From a virus (taxonomy: Duplodnaviria; Caudoviricetes), in the IMG/VR virus record IMGVR_UViG_3300037067_018912, positions 128,001 through 192,000 of that record: 64,000 nucleotides of DNA. One strand, given 5' to 3'. Position 1 is the stretch's first letter; each line of letters begins with the position of its first letter. The notes beneath the pieces are model-generated. The model was not told where the DNA came from. It was given only the letters and a program-made list of their open reading frames with translations, and made no database searches. The translations under genes were made by a program, and so were the position numbers. This document shows, in pieces, positions 20,913 to 31,000 of this stretch.

Positions 20913-21902
20913 TTAGTTGACAAAGGCAACCGCACTCCAAAAAATGTTATTATATATAAATGTTATTGATCCAAAATTCGTATTAATCATAGCAGTTCCA
21001 TTGTCATTGATGCATTTGCCATTCCCATCAATATAAATCGGATTTGCCAACGCATCGCCGCAAACATCGGTGATTGTAATTCTTTGACCGTTACTTGGTG
21101 AAGCATATAAGTAAATACACTCTGTCACGCCCGAAACCCCGACGAATCCGATTGCTGCACTACTGATCGTATATGGATCAGCATTTGTGAGAACTGTGCA
21201 AACTGTGTTCAATTTACTCTCAACAAAACTCCTTGTGACGAGCGAACGGCTTGTAAAATTCGCCTCGTAATCACCACCATATGTCGCACCTGAAGGTGCT
21301 GTGATGAACATGTTATTGTTAGTGCAATATAACAGATTCCCGCCTTTTGCGCATGTGGTTATCGTGTTGCCCGTTTTATTGATATCGATAAAAGCACCAT
21401 TTGTGGCATTCACTGTTTCCAACGTAACATAATTTGCATCAACACAAGCATAACTATATGATGTGGGTGTACCAACAAAAGATAATATCTTACCTGTCGT
21501 GCCGGAAAGTGTTAATGTCTTTCCGTCAATATTAATAATCGTGTTCCCCGTCAACGTACCTCCAAGAGAAACAGTCGTCCCACTTACACCGACAAGACTC
21601 AAACCATTGGTAGCACCCGTCAATGTTCCTGCACCCGTACCGCCGCCCAATTTAACCCAACTACCTGCTGTTGTATAATTCACTGCATCACACAACCAAT
21701 ACACACCACTGCCAGCACCGGAAGCAACAACGGTCAGCATACCGTCATACAACGCCATACTGCTGCACACGGGACTGAAGCACCATGTCGCCGGAAGAGT
21801 CAGATCGGCATATGTGCAAACCAACTGACGGGCGTCAATAGGAACTGTCGAACCGCCTTCAAAATTTGCCCCGAATATGAATGTACCTTTGTATCTTGAC
21901 AT
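20913..21902 (-). CDS. Fibre/decoration protein, paralog of 21918-23954
   Basis: N-terminus MSRYKGTFIFGANFEG..PIDARQLVCTYADLTLPATW is nearly identical to that of the adjacent gene. The C-terminal domain resembles that of 17841-20807. Confidence 0.65.
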   Translation of the reverse strand: MSRYKGTFIFGANFEGGSTVPIDARQLVCTYADLTLPATWCFSPVCSSMALYDGMLTVVASGAGSGVYWLCDAVNYTTAGSWVKLGGGTGAGTLTGATNGLSLVGVSGTTVSLGGTLTGNTIINIDGKTLTLSGTTGKILSFVGTPTSYSYACVDANYVTLETVNATNGAFIDINKTGNTITTCAKGGNLLYCTNNNMFITAPSGATYGGDYEANFTSRSLVTRSFVESKLNTVCTVLTNADPYTISSAAIGFVGVSGVTECIYLYASPSNGQRITITDVCGDALANPIYIDGNGKCINDNGTAMINTNFGSITFIYNNIFWSAVAFVN

Positions 21903-21917
21903 ATCTTTGTTTTTTTA

Positions 21918-23954
21918 TTAGAATACTAATCTTATGCAAGTGGTTGTCAACCTGCACGCTCCATTGTATGTATACAAGCAATATGGTGCTGAACCACAAC
22001 AAAGCGTCTCTGATGAAACACTTGGTGTCCATGTAGTCAGTGATGCCGCTCCCGAACCACCTTCCCATTCCCATGCCGATGAAAATGTGTTGTATGTGCA
22101 AATACATTTCAATGGATTTCCAGTCCAAGCATTTGGAATCTCAAATCTATCCTTCAACCCACCACTTTCAGCAACCAATATTAATGTAACTGGAGTTGTA
22201 GTCATAGCCACATACGATTGTTTCGTCATTGTGCCAATTGCTGATGTTGTTGCAAATATTGGATACACACCACAAATCGTTTTTGAATCACTTAATGATC
22301 CTGCAGGACAAGCACTATTAAACGGCGTACCGTTTTGTCCCAACGGTTGAACACCAGCACTATAACATACAGTAATTCCCCAAACTTCAGGAGTGCCAAT
22401 TACAACATAACTTGTAACGGGTTGTGATATCGTGCATGCCGATGTTATATAAGTACCCGCCACTTGAGCACCCGTGTACACATAGCAAGTTGCACATCCA
22501 ACCCTTTTATCTGAAGTACTCATGTATTGTGGGTTGATGCAACCTCTATTGAACGTTCCACAAACACTTAAAGATGGTATTGTACAACCAATTTCATAAT
22601 ATGTCGTTGATGCCGCCAATGTCGTCGAGAAAGATGGTGGTGTCAACACCCCACATAATTCAGGCACTAATATTTCCTGCAATATTTGAATTGCTGTTTT
22701 CCCTGTTAATACTGTACCAACACACATACCGCCAGTGGCACAAATGGACGGCGAAGCCAAATCATAAATCTCCGTACCACCACTTGTGAAAATCACAATT
22801 TCATTTCCAACTTTCGATACTGATGTATTACCACTTCCAATAATCGTGTTTAAAATTATGTTATGTCCACTTGTGCCACTGTAAACCGATTCGCCACCAC
22901 CACTATTCGTTACACCAGTAATCGCAACAGCAAGTGTTGCTTGTGTTGCAGCATTAAGTGATATTATATGTGTTCCGGTTATCGTTGTAACCGTAATTCC
23001 AGTTCCGGCGGTAACGTCCTTAACATGATCATATAATGCAAATGTTAATGTCGAACCTGTAATATCGTGTATGTATACAGGATCGGGTGTTATTAAAACC
23101 CATGATGATTGGGCGTTCGTAAGTCCTGTCAAGACCCACATATAACTTCCAGACATAGTTTCACCCGTCGGAATTCCATCAAAGTCTGTCGAACGTGTCC
23201 AAGTTCCACCACTATTAACAACCCAAATACCATTGGTTTGACCGCTCGGTGTTTGATCCTTAATAAGAACCCTATCACCATTTGAAAGCGGAATCCCGTC
23301 AATCGTCGTCAATCCGGAAAAGGGGTATGAAATATTGGTTGTTGTTGCAACACAAACAGCACCCTTGGGTAGCAGTCCGCTTGCTATAGCATCAACATAT
23401 TGTTTGTCGACAAGGGAATATTCGTTGTAAGGATAATGACCTCCATACGTCAATCCACCGCTACTATCCAAACTAACTGTTGATCCGGCATATGATAGTG
23501 TTATTCCTGCAGGTTCTAATATAATTTCTGTGGTACTTCCACTTGTTGAAACATTAAATCCATCAACATTTGAAAGATTAACATCCCATAAACCAACACC
23601 ATTAATTGTCGTATCACCAGTTAAATCGCCACCCAAGGAAACCAATGTTCCATTATTTACAAGGCTTAAACCATTAGTTGCACCCGTTAATGTTCCACTA
23701 CCACTACCTGCTTTTATCCAACTACTTGCATTCGTATAATTTGCTGAATCACATAGCCAATATATACCACTATTAGCACCCGTAGCAACAGAGACAACAG
23801 CACCATCATATAACCAAATACCACTACTGCCACTCCATGTCGCCGGAAGCGTTAAATCAGCATATGTGCAAACCATTTGACGTGCATCGATAGGTGCTTT
23901 TAAAAGACCTTCGAAGTTTGCCGCAAAATTAAATGTACCTTTATTCCTTGACAT
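21918..23954 (-). CDS. Fibre/decoration protein
   Basis: Contains the NGDRVLIKDQT...TNGIWV fibre motif. The Cys-rich C-terminal domain is shared with 23965-26496. Confidence 0.65.
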   Translation of the reverse strand: MSRNKGTFNFAANFEGLLKAPIDARQMVCTYADLTLPATWSGSSGIWLYDGAVVSVATGANSGIYWLCDSANYTNASSWIKAGSGSGTLTGATNGLSLVNNGTLVSLGGDLTGDTTINGVGLWDVNLSNVDGFNVSTSGSTTEIILEPAGITLSYAGSTVSLDSSGGLTYGGHYPYNEYSLVDKQYVDAIASGLLPKGAVCVATTTNISYPFSGLTTIDGIPLSNGDRVLIKDQTPSGQTNGIWVVNSGGTWTRSTDFDGIPTGETMSGSYMWVLTGLTNAQSSWVLITPDPVYIHDITGSTLTFALYDHVKDVTAGTGITVTTITGTHIISLNAATQATLAVAITGVTNSGGGESVYSGTSGHNIILNTIIGSGNTSVSKVGNEIVIFTSGGTEIYDLASPSICATGGMCVGTVLTGKTAIQILQEILVPELCGVLTPPSFSTTLAASTTYYEIGCTIPSLSVCGTFNRGCINPQYMSTSDKRVGCATCYVYTGAQVAGTYITSACTISQPVTSYVVIGTPEVWGITVCYSAGVQPLGQNGTPFNSACPAGSLSDSKTICGVYPIFATTSAIGTMTKQSYVAMTTTPVTLILVAESGGLKDRFEIPNAWTGNPLKCICTYNTFSSAWEWEGGSGAASLTTWTPSVSSETLCCGSAPYCLYTYNGACRLTTTCIRLVF

Positions 23955-23964
23955 ATTTTATATT

Positions 23965-26496
23965 TTAAAATACCAATCTTATGCATACCGCACTTCTGTC
24001 AGTACTGTTATATGTATATCGGCAGTAACCGATTGAATTTCCTTGCACCGTTTCAGTCACCGGACTTGCTGTCCAAATCGTCAATGAAGTTCCTGCCGAA
24101 CCACCCGGATATTCCCATTGACTTGAAACCGTATTCCATTGACATACTCCAACCAACGGCCTACTTGTCGGAGCACCGAGCCAAGCACATGGAATCTCGA
24201 ATTTCTGTTTATCCGGACTACTATCTGAAACCAAATTAATTTGAATATTATTCGCTGTTGACATATTTTGCAATGTCTGTTTTGTCAATGTAGTAATACC
24301 TACGGTTGTTGCAAACAATGGATACACACCAACAATAGAACCGCTTGCTGCAGATGTACAACCCGAAGGCAGTGCTGCCGAATACTGCGTGCCTTTACTA
24401 CCCAATGCCGGAAATCCTGCATCATATCTTGCACAAACACCCCATGATTGCGTTCCAATAAGAACTATATAACTTGGATTTGTTTGAGATGCTGGCGATG
24501 ATACACATGACTGAAAACCACTTGGCATTCCTGTACCTGTGAAACAATAAGCGTTTACAAAACCGCTCCTGAAAGAAGAAACCGAGCAATATTGGGGACT
24601 TATCGAACCCCTGCTGAATGTTCCTGTAACTGTTTCGGAAACAGTACATCCGATTTCGTAAAGACCCGAAGCACTCAAACCATTGCTTATTGAAGGTGGT
24701 GTTATTGAACCACACAACTCAGGCACTAATAATTCTTCAAATAATTGAAATGAAGTTTTCCCCGTCAATACAGTACCTGAACATATCCCACCAAGGGGTA
24801 TTACTGAAGGAGAACTCAAATTATAAGTCCCGCCTGCACCACCAGTTCCACCACTCGAATAAATGATTATATTGTTGCCCACAGTACTCACAATCGTATT
24901 GCCGCTTCCAACAAGAGTCCTAAATGCAAGCGTATTGCCTGTCATCCCACTAAAAACATGCTGTCCCGTGCCGATGTTTCTACCACCCGTCGCACCCGTT
25001 ATTCCTTGCGCAGTCGTTATGCCAGACAAATAAACAAAATTGTCATCATACGTCACCAAAAGTGAACTCGGACTGTTCGACACTATCGTCCTGAATCGGA
25101 GTTCTTTATATTGTTTATCACTGTAAACCGGACCTCCAAAAACATAAGTGTCACCTGTGTTTAAATTTCCATAAACATCATTGATGGTGGCGTAAGAAAG
25201 GTTGTTATAAACACTTCCAGTGATCCATTCGGTTTGAGTATATGAATTACCCGTATAACCTGTTCCATAATATCTTTGAGTAAATCCAATTGAAGTCTCA
25301 CCAACAAAATTACTGACGTCACCATCAAGGAATATCCACCCAACCTGGCTGAGAGTATCCCCTGTGTATTCATTCCACACCCAAGATTTATGTGTCGGAC
25401 TTGTGATTGGTATTGGTTGCCTCACATATCCACGTCTTAAAACACCGTGGTACGTCGGTGAACCTATTTTAATTTCACCTGTATTATCAATATAATAATA
25501 GTTGTAAAGCGAATTATACGTATGAAGAGTATCTGAATTATACGTATTGGGAACAGTACCCAAAGTTTGAACGTTAAGTCTTTGAATCCCTGTCTTACCG
25601 GAAAAGAACCCAATGTTCGTTGCCCCCGTAACTGCAGCGTCGAGATGTATCTGTGTACTTGCACTGTAATCAAGAAAATCCTGCAAACTAACACCCTCTT
25701 CAGTTCTCGATCTTCCCCAATATTGAAGGACGACCCCCTTACCTGTTTCAGTTGTTACAAGCATCGGTTTCGAAACATCCGTAAGATTCGTTGGTGGAAT
25801 GTGTGATAGTTTACCATCGAAACTCGTATATCCCGTACCAACAAAATTTGGACTGAGATAATAAACCGTGGATGCACTCAATGAATTACCACTGTAATCC
25901 ACCATGCCGTTAGTACTAACATGCCCGGCGAATGTTAAAATAAAAGTATCGCCCGTTACAGTTACAACTCCTAATGGTTCAATCAAAGCAGCCGTTGCTG
26001 AATTAACCCTAACAAAATCATTCCCATCATGTCCAATAACATCACCAAGATCAAAACCATTCGTATTTTGATAGAATTCCTTACTTATCCTTTCGCCAAT
26101 ATCATCATTATCGCCGATGGGAACAATGTGCCAATTGGCATTATCAGTCAACCCACTAACTTTTTGGTAATAAGTGTAGCCATTCCATTCCGCCAAGGTT
26201 ATGTATGTTCCACCACTTGTTTGAGGGTGGAGATGATAATACTCATTTGTCTCCAACACGTGTGCAAGCATTCCAAACCTGCGTTGGCCTATCGAAATAT
26301 CATCATAATTAAGCGGCAGGTTGAGTTGATTCACAGCCAATTCAAATGTTGGTGGAAGGGCATCCCTTTCAGCAAGCGTCTTGAACTCCATATAACCGCC
26401 GACACCAAGAACTGAATGATGAGTGCCGTATGTGTCCCCTGATGAACCCCTCACGATTGGAGAGGCTAACAACGTACCTTTGTAATATTCTGCCAT
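23965..26496 (-). CDS. Fibre/decoration protein
   Basis: Shares the ERISK...GFxxGDVIG module with 7706-12232 and the YxLxSPS...GTVLTGKT...LVPELCG domain with 21918-23954. Confidence 0.65.
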   Translation of the reverse strand: MAEYYKGTLLASPIVRGSSGDTYGTHHSVLGVGGYMEFKTLAERDALPPTFELAVNQLNLPLNYDDISIGQRRFGMLAHVLETNEYYHLHPQTSGGTYITLAEWNGYTYYQKVSGLTDNANWHIVPIGDNDDIGERISKEFYQNTNGFDLGDVIGHDGNDFVRVNSATAALIEPLGVVTVTGDTFILTFAGHVSTNGMVDYSGNSLSASTVYYLSPNFVGTGYTSFDGKLSHIPPTNLTDVSKPMLVTTETGKGVVLQYWGRSRTEEGVSLQDFLDYSASTQIHLDAAVTGATNIGFFSGKTGIQRLNVQTLGTVPNTYNSDTLHTYNSLYNYYYIDNTGEIKIGSPTYHGVLRRGYVRQPIPITSPTHKSWVWNEYTGDTLSQVGWIFLDGDVSNFVGETSIGFTQRYYGTGYTGNSYTQTEWITGSVYNNLSYATINDVYGNLNTGDTYVFGGPVYSDKQYKELRFRTIVSNSPSSLLVTYDDNFVYLSGITTAQGITGATGGRNIGTGQHVFSGMTGNTLAFRTLVGSGNTIVSTVGNNIIIYSSGGTGGAGGTYNLSSPSVIPLGGICSGTVLTGKTSFQLFEELLVPELCGSITPPSISNGLSASGLYEIGCTVSETVTGTFSRGSISPQYCSVSSFRSGFVNAYCFTGTGMPSGFQSCVSSPASQTNPSYIVLIGTQSWGVCARYDAGFPALGSKGTQYSAALPSGCTSAASGSIVGVYPLFATTVGITTLTKQTLQNMSTANNIQINLVSDSSPDKQKFEIPCAWLGAPTSRPLVGVCQWNTVSSQWEYPGGSAGTSLTIWTASPVTETVQGNSIGYCRYTYNSTDRSAVCIRLVF

Positions 26497-26508
26497 GATT
26501 ATTCTTTA

Positions 26509-27537
26509 TTAACTTACAATTATGCTGTAAACCCCCGTTATTCTGCTGTCCGACCTTGCAATATAATATTGATTGGCGTATCCACACTCATTAATGAATG
26601 TTAATGGGAACAGCGTACCCGCCAATAGACTCCCCCAAGCATTGTTTGGTAGACCGTTGATTGTGAACGATGGTGCTCCGAATGACGTGGGATATGCATA
26701 ATAGAAAAATTCATTATTGAATGTCAGCGAACAATTGAACGTCCTGCTTGTCGACAATTGACTTACTGACGAAGTACACATTGCAGCACAAGCGGTAGTG
26801 CAATTGCTTGAATAATAAGCCGTACCTGTTTTGAAATAGTATTTTTTATTCATCCATGTGATTGTTGCAGGATCAATAGCGATTTCATTTGCCGTGGTAG
26901 CAGCACTTAGATAGAATGCAACGCTTGTGGACGACGTACCTGTTGCAGGGGTCGCACCCGTAATATTAAACGTGTATGGTATAAGGCCATTCGTTGTTCC
27001 GGTTGTACCACCGGAGAATATTGTAGTATAGTAAACCCCATCTCCTCCGTCACTCGCCCTGATAACACAAACGTAATTGGTGTTCTTTATAACACTCCAA
27101 CAAAGATTGCCGTAAACACTATCCCCGAATTGCCTCGAATCACCACCAATTGGTGTTGCAATACTCAAACTCACACTCAACGGAATTGCGGGAACTAAGA
27201 TGGTTTGAAGAATACATTCGATCGTACATCCGCTTATAGCACTCCCGGTCGGTAAGCCGCCAACCGTCGTTGTGGTGGGTGACATTCCGTAATACCTACT
27301 GTCGCCAGACGCCGCCGTGGGTTCTAATGCAATTATACCACCACGGTATGTCATGACTTGGCCGTCGCTTGCAGGTGTTGCACCACTCGCTGTGATTATC
27401 ACACTACCGCTTGCCCCGTCGGAAAGGGTTAAACCACTCCACGACGAAATATTTGTCAATCCCGATAAGTTCAACTCACTGCCCGGAAGTTGTTTGAATT
27501 GAACGTCGTCTAAATTGGGTCTTGCGAAAAATGGCAT
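26509..27537 (-). CDS. Fibre/decoration protein; first gene of the fibre cluster
   Basis: Shared N-terminal RPNLxxxxFxQxxGxxLxLSG motif. C-terminal YYAYPTSFG beta domain. Confidence 0.6.
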   Translation of the reverse strand: MPFFARPNLDDVQFKQLPGSELNLSGLTNISSWSGLTLSDGASGSVIITASGATPASDGQVMTYRGGIIALEPTAASGDSRYYGMSPTTTTVGGLPTGSAISGCTIECILQTILVPAIPLSVSLSIATPIGGDSRQFGDSVYGNLCWSVIKNTNYVCVIRASDGGDGVYYTTIFSGGTTGTTNGLIPYTFNITGATPATGTSSTSVAFYLSAATTANEIAIDPATITWMNKKYYFKTGTAYYSSNCTTACAAMCTSSVSQLSTSRTFNCSLTFNNEFFYYAYPTSFGAPSFTINGLPNNAWGSLLAGTLFPLTFINECGYANQYYIARSDSRITGVYSIIVS

Positions 27538-27677
27538 ATTTTCTGATTTAGTTGTATTATATTATTTTCTCAAATCTCTTAACTGCATGACCGTCCAGTT
27601 AGTTACCTAAACCGGAGGTTTCGCTCCGGTTTGATTTATAATAAATACAACACAATCAGATTAAAAACACGTGCAAA

Positions 27678-27710
27678 TAAAAAAACCCGTGAGATTTTTC
27701 TCACGGGTTC
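27678..27710 (-). terminator. Intrinsic terminator of the TROVE-like/ARPP-like operon
   Basis: Minus strand AACCCGUGAGA-AAAA-UCUCACGGGUU followed by UUUUU. Confidence 0.8.
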
Positions 27711-27785
27711 ATATATTCATGACAATCGCAGACTTTACTGCCAAAACGTTTTAATTTACCGTTGAACGGTATATCGTCATTTTAT

Positions 27786-28886
27786 TTACATAGCGAACCT
27801 TTGCTGCCTACGAGCCTTGTTCCTGAGTTCATTCACTTCACGGAGTGCGTTCGGATCGAATCTCTCTCTCTTAACCACACTCACGACATGGTTGAACTCA
27901 TTCTCGGTAATGACCTGACCGATGTACCCCTCGGTTTTGAGGATGTACGACTTCGGTGCTTTACTCGCCGAGGAAGGATTTCCTTCCGCATCAAGGGTCG
28001 CATCGAAGGTCAGTTCGAGCAGTTCTTGGATTTTTTCCTGAACGCTCGCTGTCATCTTCTGCTTCGTCCTTTTCAGAGCGGCCTCAAGCAGGTCTACAAT
28101 GTTGTCACGGTAGTCCTTCTTAATTTCCTCGTATGACTGCGAGAAGTTGTTCATCGTGGACTTATTCTTCAATTCGCTGATTATTGCAAGCGAACCGTAG
28201 CAGTCACGGATCATCAAATCCCACACCTGTTCGGCGTATGTGAAGGACGGGAACTTGTCGATTGCGACGATTTCACCGTCGATCAGCACGACTATACCGA
28301 TCAGATTCTTTGGACGTTCAAAGTGTGCAATGAACTGTTCAAGTTTCTTGTCATACTTATCGAAGTAGACATTAAGATACCTTCCTGCACCGGAATTAGT
28401 ATCATGGCCAAGTTTCTCAATCGCCGGATAAATCCTGCCAAGATTATGCGGTTGGCCGACAGTGTCGAAAACCATTTCACGCATTGTTACAGGAAGCATA
28501 CGGAACTCCTGAGTACCCCTGAACGTACCACCCTGCGAACCCTGAACGCAACCTGCGTCATTGAAGGTCACGCTCGACTTTTGAGCCATGTAACCCGCCT
28601 TGGTCATACCGTGGTTCTGCGCCGACTGCTTAGTTATAACAGCCATTTGCGTGGGCACAATAATCTCCTTGTCCTCCTTGTTAGTGAAGCCAATTTGACC
28701 ATAGTTGTTGTTACCCGCAACAAGTGCAGTCATGGGATTTCCAAAACGTTCGTCCATTGAATACTCCTTATCGGTCGTCAAACAGACGATTTGCATGTTC
28801 AAAATCGATTGAACTATGATGTTGCCGTCAGCGTCCTTGACGGGACGGCATCCTTTCAGCAATTCTACGAATTCTCTCGTGTTCAT
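27786..28886 (-). CDS. ARPP/DUF6569-like protein, translationally adjacent to the TROVE-like gene
   Basis: Motifs KQSAQNH...DAGCVQGSQG and GIVVLIDGEIVAIDKF resemble my recollection of the ARPP (DUF6569) family pattern (QNR...CVExxRW; GxxxxIxGxxxxxDxF). Starts 11 bp after the upstream stop. Confidence 0.5.
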   Translation of the reverse strand: MNTREFVELLKGCRPVKDADGNIIVQSILNMQIVCLTTDKEYSMDERFGNPMTALVAGNNNYGQIGFTNKEDKEIIVPTQMAVITKQSAQNHGMTKAGYMAQKSSVTFNDAGCVQGSQGGTFRGTQEFRMLPVTMREMVFDTVGQPHNLGRIYPAIEKLGHDTNSGAGRYLNVYFDKYDKKLEQFIAHFERPKNLIGIVVLIDGEIVAIDKFPSFTYAEQVWDLMIRDCYGSLAIISELKNKSTMNNFSQSYEEIKKDYRDNIVDLLEAALKRTKQKMTASVQEKIQELLELTFDATLDAEGNPSSASKAPKSYILKTEGYIGQVITENEFNHVVSVVKRERFDPNALREVNELRNKARRQQRFAM

Positions 28887-28897
28887 AACCGTAATTA

Positions 28898-30526
28898 TTA
28901 AGCGTTTACACTAATTTTCTTCAACCTCTTGACGGGTGCTGCTTCAAGAACAGCCACCTGATTTTCAAGCCACCTCTTGGTATCGATTTCAAGCAACCTT
29001 GCGTTGATCTGTGGTTGCAGTGCGACCGGGTTGTTTATCGCCATTGTGACGACTCCAGGACCCAACTTCCTCACATTCGCACCCATTTCAGCACTGACTA
29101 TCGGCGAAATTTGGAACACCGGAATGTCCCTGCCGCTTTCAGCCTTCCAAATCGAGATGACCTCGTTGGTCATGCCGTCATAAGCATTTTCATACCCGTC
29201 AGTCAAGATAAACATCGCATCAAACGGCTTCGAAGGATTCTCCTTCTTTAACAATTCGATGAACGAAGTTGCAAGATCGGTGACCTCATCCTTGGTTCTT
29301 ACAACGATGCTTGAATTCGCAGACCTTGCAAGAACTTTCGACGTAAAGTCGGCAATCGCCCTCGGCGTGTTCTTGGATTCTTGCTTGTGACCCGTCATCG
29401 AGTTGCTCTCGTCGAGCACAACACCGATGTTTTGATAGAAGAACCCTGTGATCTTCTTGCTTTCGGCAAGTTTATCAATCGCCACACCGATTTCACGAGT
29501 GAAACCGTTTTCATACCCCGTCTTGTACAGAGCAAGGAAATCGGTTGCCTTTTCGTAATCAACCGTCTTTTCAACACCCAACTTAGCCGTCGACTTCGTC
29601 TGACGGACTTGCTGGTTGACAGACGTCACTTCGGTAGACTTCCTGATCATTGCCTTGGTCGCCTCCCTTTGGAGTTTGGTCGCCCACATAGAATGATACT
29701 GCGGATGCCTTATGTTCGAGATCAAACCCAAAAGAACTTCTTCCGGGACGGTCTTGACACCTGTAATGTCACGCCTTGCCTTTTCGTATTCACTCAACAG
29801 CGGGAATTCGACTGCACCATAATCAACACCATCATTCCTTTTCATAATAAAGAGGAAGAGTTTGAACACCTTTATTGCTTCGATGTTGGTGTATCTCAAG
29901 ATGTGTTCGTTGACAATCTTTGCTTCCTTCTCGGTGCTTATGCCGGAAGGGTACGTCAACTGCTTGCGTGCGATAGTGACCAATATGGAGGCAGTTTTTC
30001 CACCATACACGTGTCTCAACGCCTTGGCAATCTTGTTACGGTACTTCATAGCATAGAATTCAAGGTTGTCCTGACCCCAAATGTACCCAAGCATGATCTT
30101 CCTCGACCTGTCGTTGTTCACCTTTGCATCTTTCAACGCAACGAACAAACGGAGGATATACGGAAGACCGTTCTCACCGAGGTTATTCAGGGCGCAAAGA
30201 ACCGCCTTGTCGCTCAATCCATTGTCGTACCAATCGATCGGGTTGACAATATGGTTCGCACCGCCCCGTAAAGTGTTTTTAAACTCATTGAGCAACACTT
30301 CGGAGATGAATTGACCTGTAGCACCCTTTTGGTTTGCCACGATCAATGGGAGTTCCTTTGAAAGAGTATACATTTTCTTTATCTGATCCTGTACGGCCTT
30401 CAATTGTTCGTCCTTCTTGTGGTAGTAAGTTGCACTACCCTTCGCAGCACTTGCAATAGTCAATCCTTCAATCAACGATTGTCTGATCGTGCCGAGCGTC
30501 TTTTGTGTCAATACCAAATCTTTCAT
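28898..30526 (-). CDS. Divergent TROVE/Ro60 (Rsr)-like protein with C-terminal vWA domain
   Basis: 542 aa, the size of Ro60. Long helical N-terminal region with an early ATYY motif. vWA MIDAS VVLDESNSM (DxSxS) and FILTDGYEN. Adjacent to Y-RNA-like tRNA mimics. Confidence 0.65.
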   Translation of the reverse strand: MKDLVLTQKTLGTIRQSLIEGLTIASAAKGSATYYHKKDEQLKAVQDQIKKMYTLSKELPLIVANQKGATGQFISEVLLNEFKNTLRGGANHIVNPIDWYDNGLSDKAVLCALNNLGENGLPYILRLFVALKDAKVNNDRSRKIMLGYIWGQDNLEFYAMKYRNKIAKALRHVYGGKTASILVTIARKQLTYPSGISTEKEAKIVNEHILRYTNIEAIKVFKLFLFIMKRNDGVDYGAVEFPLLSEYEKARRDITGVKTVPEEVLLGLISNIRHPQYHSMWATKLQREATKAMIRKSTEVTSVNQQVRQTKSTAKLGVEKTVDYEKATDFLALYKTGYENGFTREIGVAIDKLAESKKITGFFYQNIGVVLDESNSMTGHKQESKNTPRAIADFTSKVLARSANSSIVVRTKDEVTDLATSFIELLKKENPSKPFDAMFILTDGYENAYDGMTNEVISIWKAESGRDIPVFQISPIVSAEMGANVRKLGPGVVTMAINNPVALQPQINARLLEIDTKRWLENQVAVLEAAPVKRLKKISVNA

Positions 30527-30618
30527 CGTACAACAATTTTAATTTACAGTTATTCAAAAATCGCATGGTAAACATACGAATATTTTATTTCAATATCAAT
30601 TAAACCCAAAAAATAAAC

Positions 30619-30673
30619 AAAAAAAATGGGCAGATCGACCGACGCATTGCTGCGCCGATTCCCCCACCCATTT
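30619..30673 (-). terminator. Terminator-like hairpin ending the ncRNA array
   Basis: Minus strand AAAUGGGUGG...GCGCAGCAAUGCGU...CUGCCCAU followed by a U8 run, between the RNA array and the TROVE-like gene. Confidence 0.6.
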
Positions 30674-30704
30674 AATTATAGGAATGTTCTTCTCTTCTTC
30701 GATT

Positions 30705-30805
30705 AAGAAGAAGTGCGGTTGTATTGTCCTGTAAGTTTGCGCCCCCTACTCGAAAGCGGGAACGTTTCATGTTTCAATCTACTGAAAACACAGCCAGTTC
30801 TTCCC
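30705..30805 (-). ncRNA. Module RNA 1 (Y-RNA-like stem enclosing a GC-rich UUCG hairpin)
   Basis: 5' GGAAGAAC-UGGCUGUGUU-UUCAGUAG pairs with 3' AAUACAACC-GCAC-UUCUUCUU. The internal hairpin is CGUUCCC-GCU-UUCG-AGU-A-GGGGGCG. Confidence 0.7.
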
Positions 30806-31000
30806 TATTTTTTGTTTTTTGAAAAAATACAGCACTTCTGCCGTTAAAAACCATTCTTGACCATCAAATGTTAGGCGACGTGCCCCGTTTTTTACTAAAA
30901 ACTCTGACGCCGACAACCAAAAAATTCAAGCGGTGGGGTTTGCTTGTTTGACTTAAATTATAAATCCATTCGTTTTACCCATTTACCGCTTTTATAAAAA

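Noticed and set aside
29381-30271. Long plus-strand ORFs (296 aa here; also 61752-63095, 20044-20673, 40953-41630)
   Set aside because: They are antisense shadows of codon-biased minus-strand genes, with no recognisable motifs.
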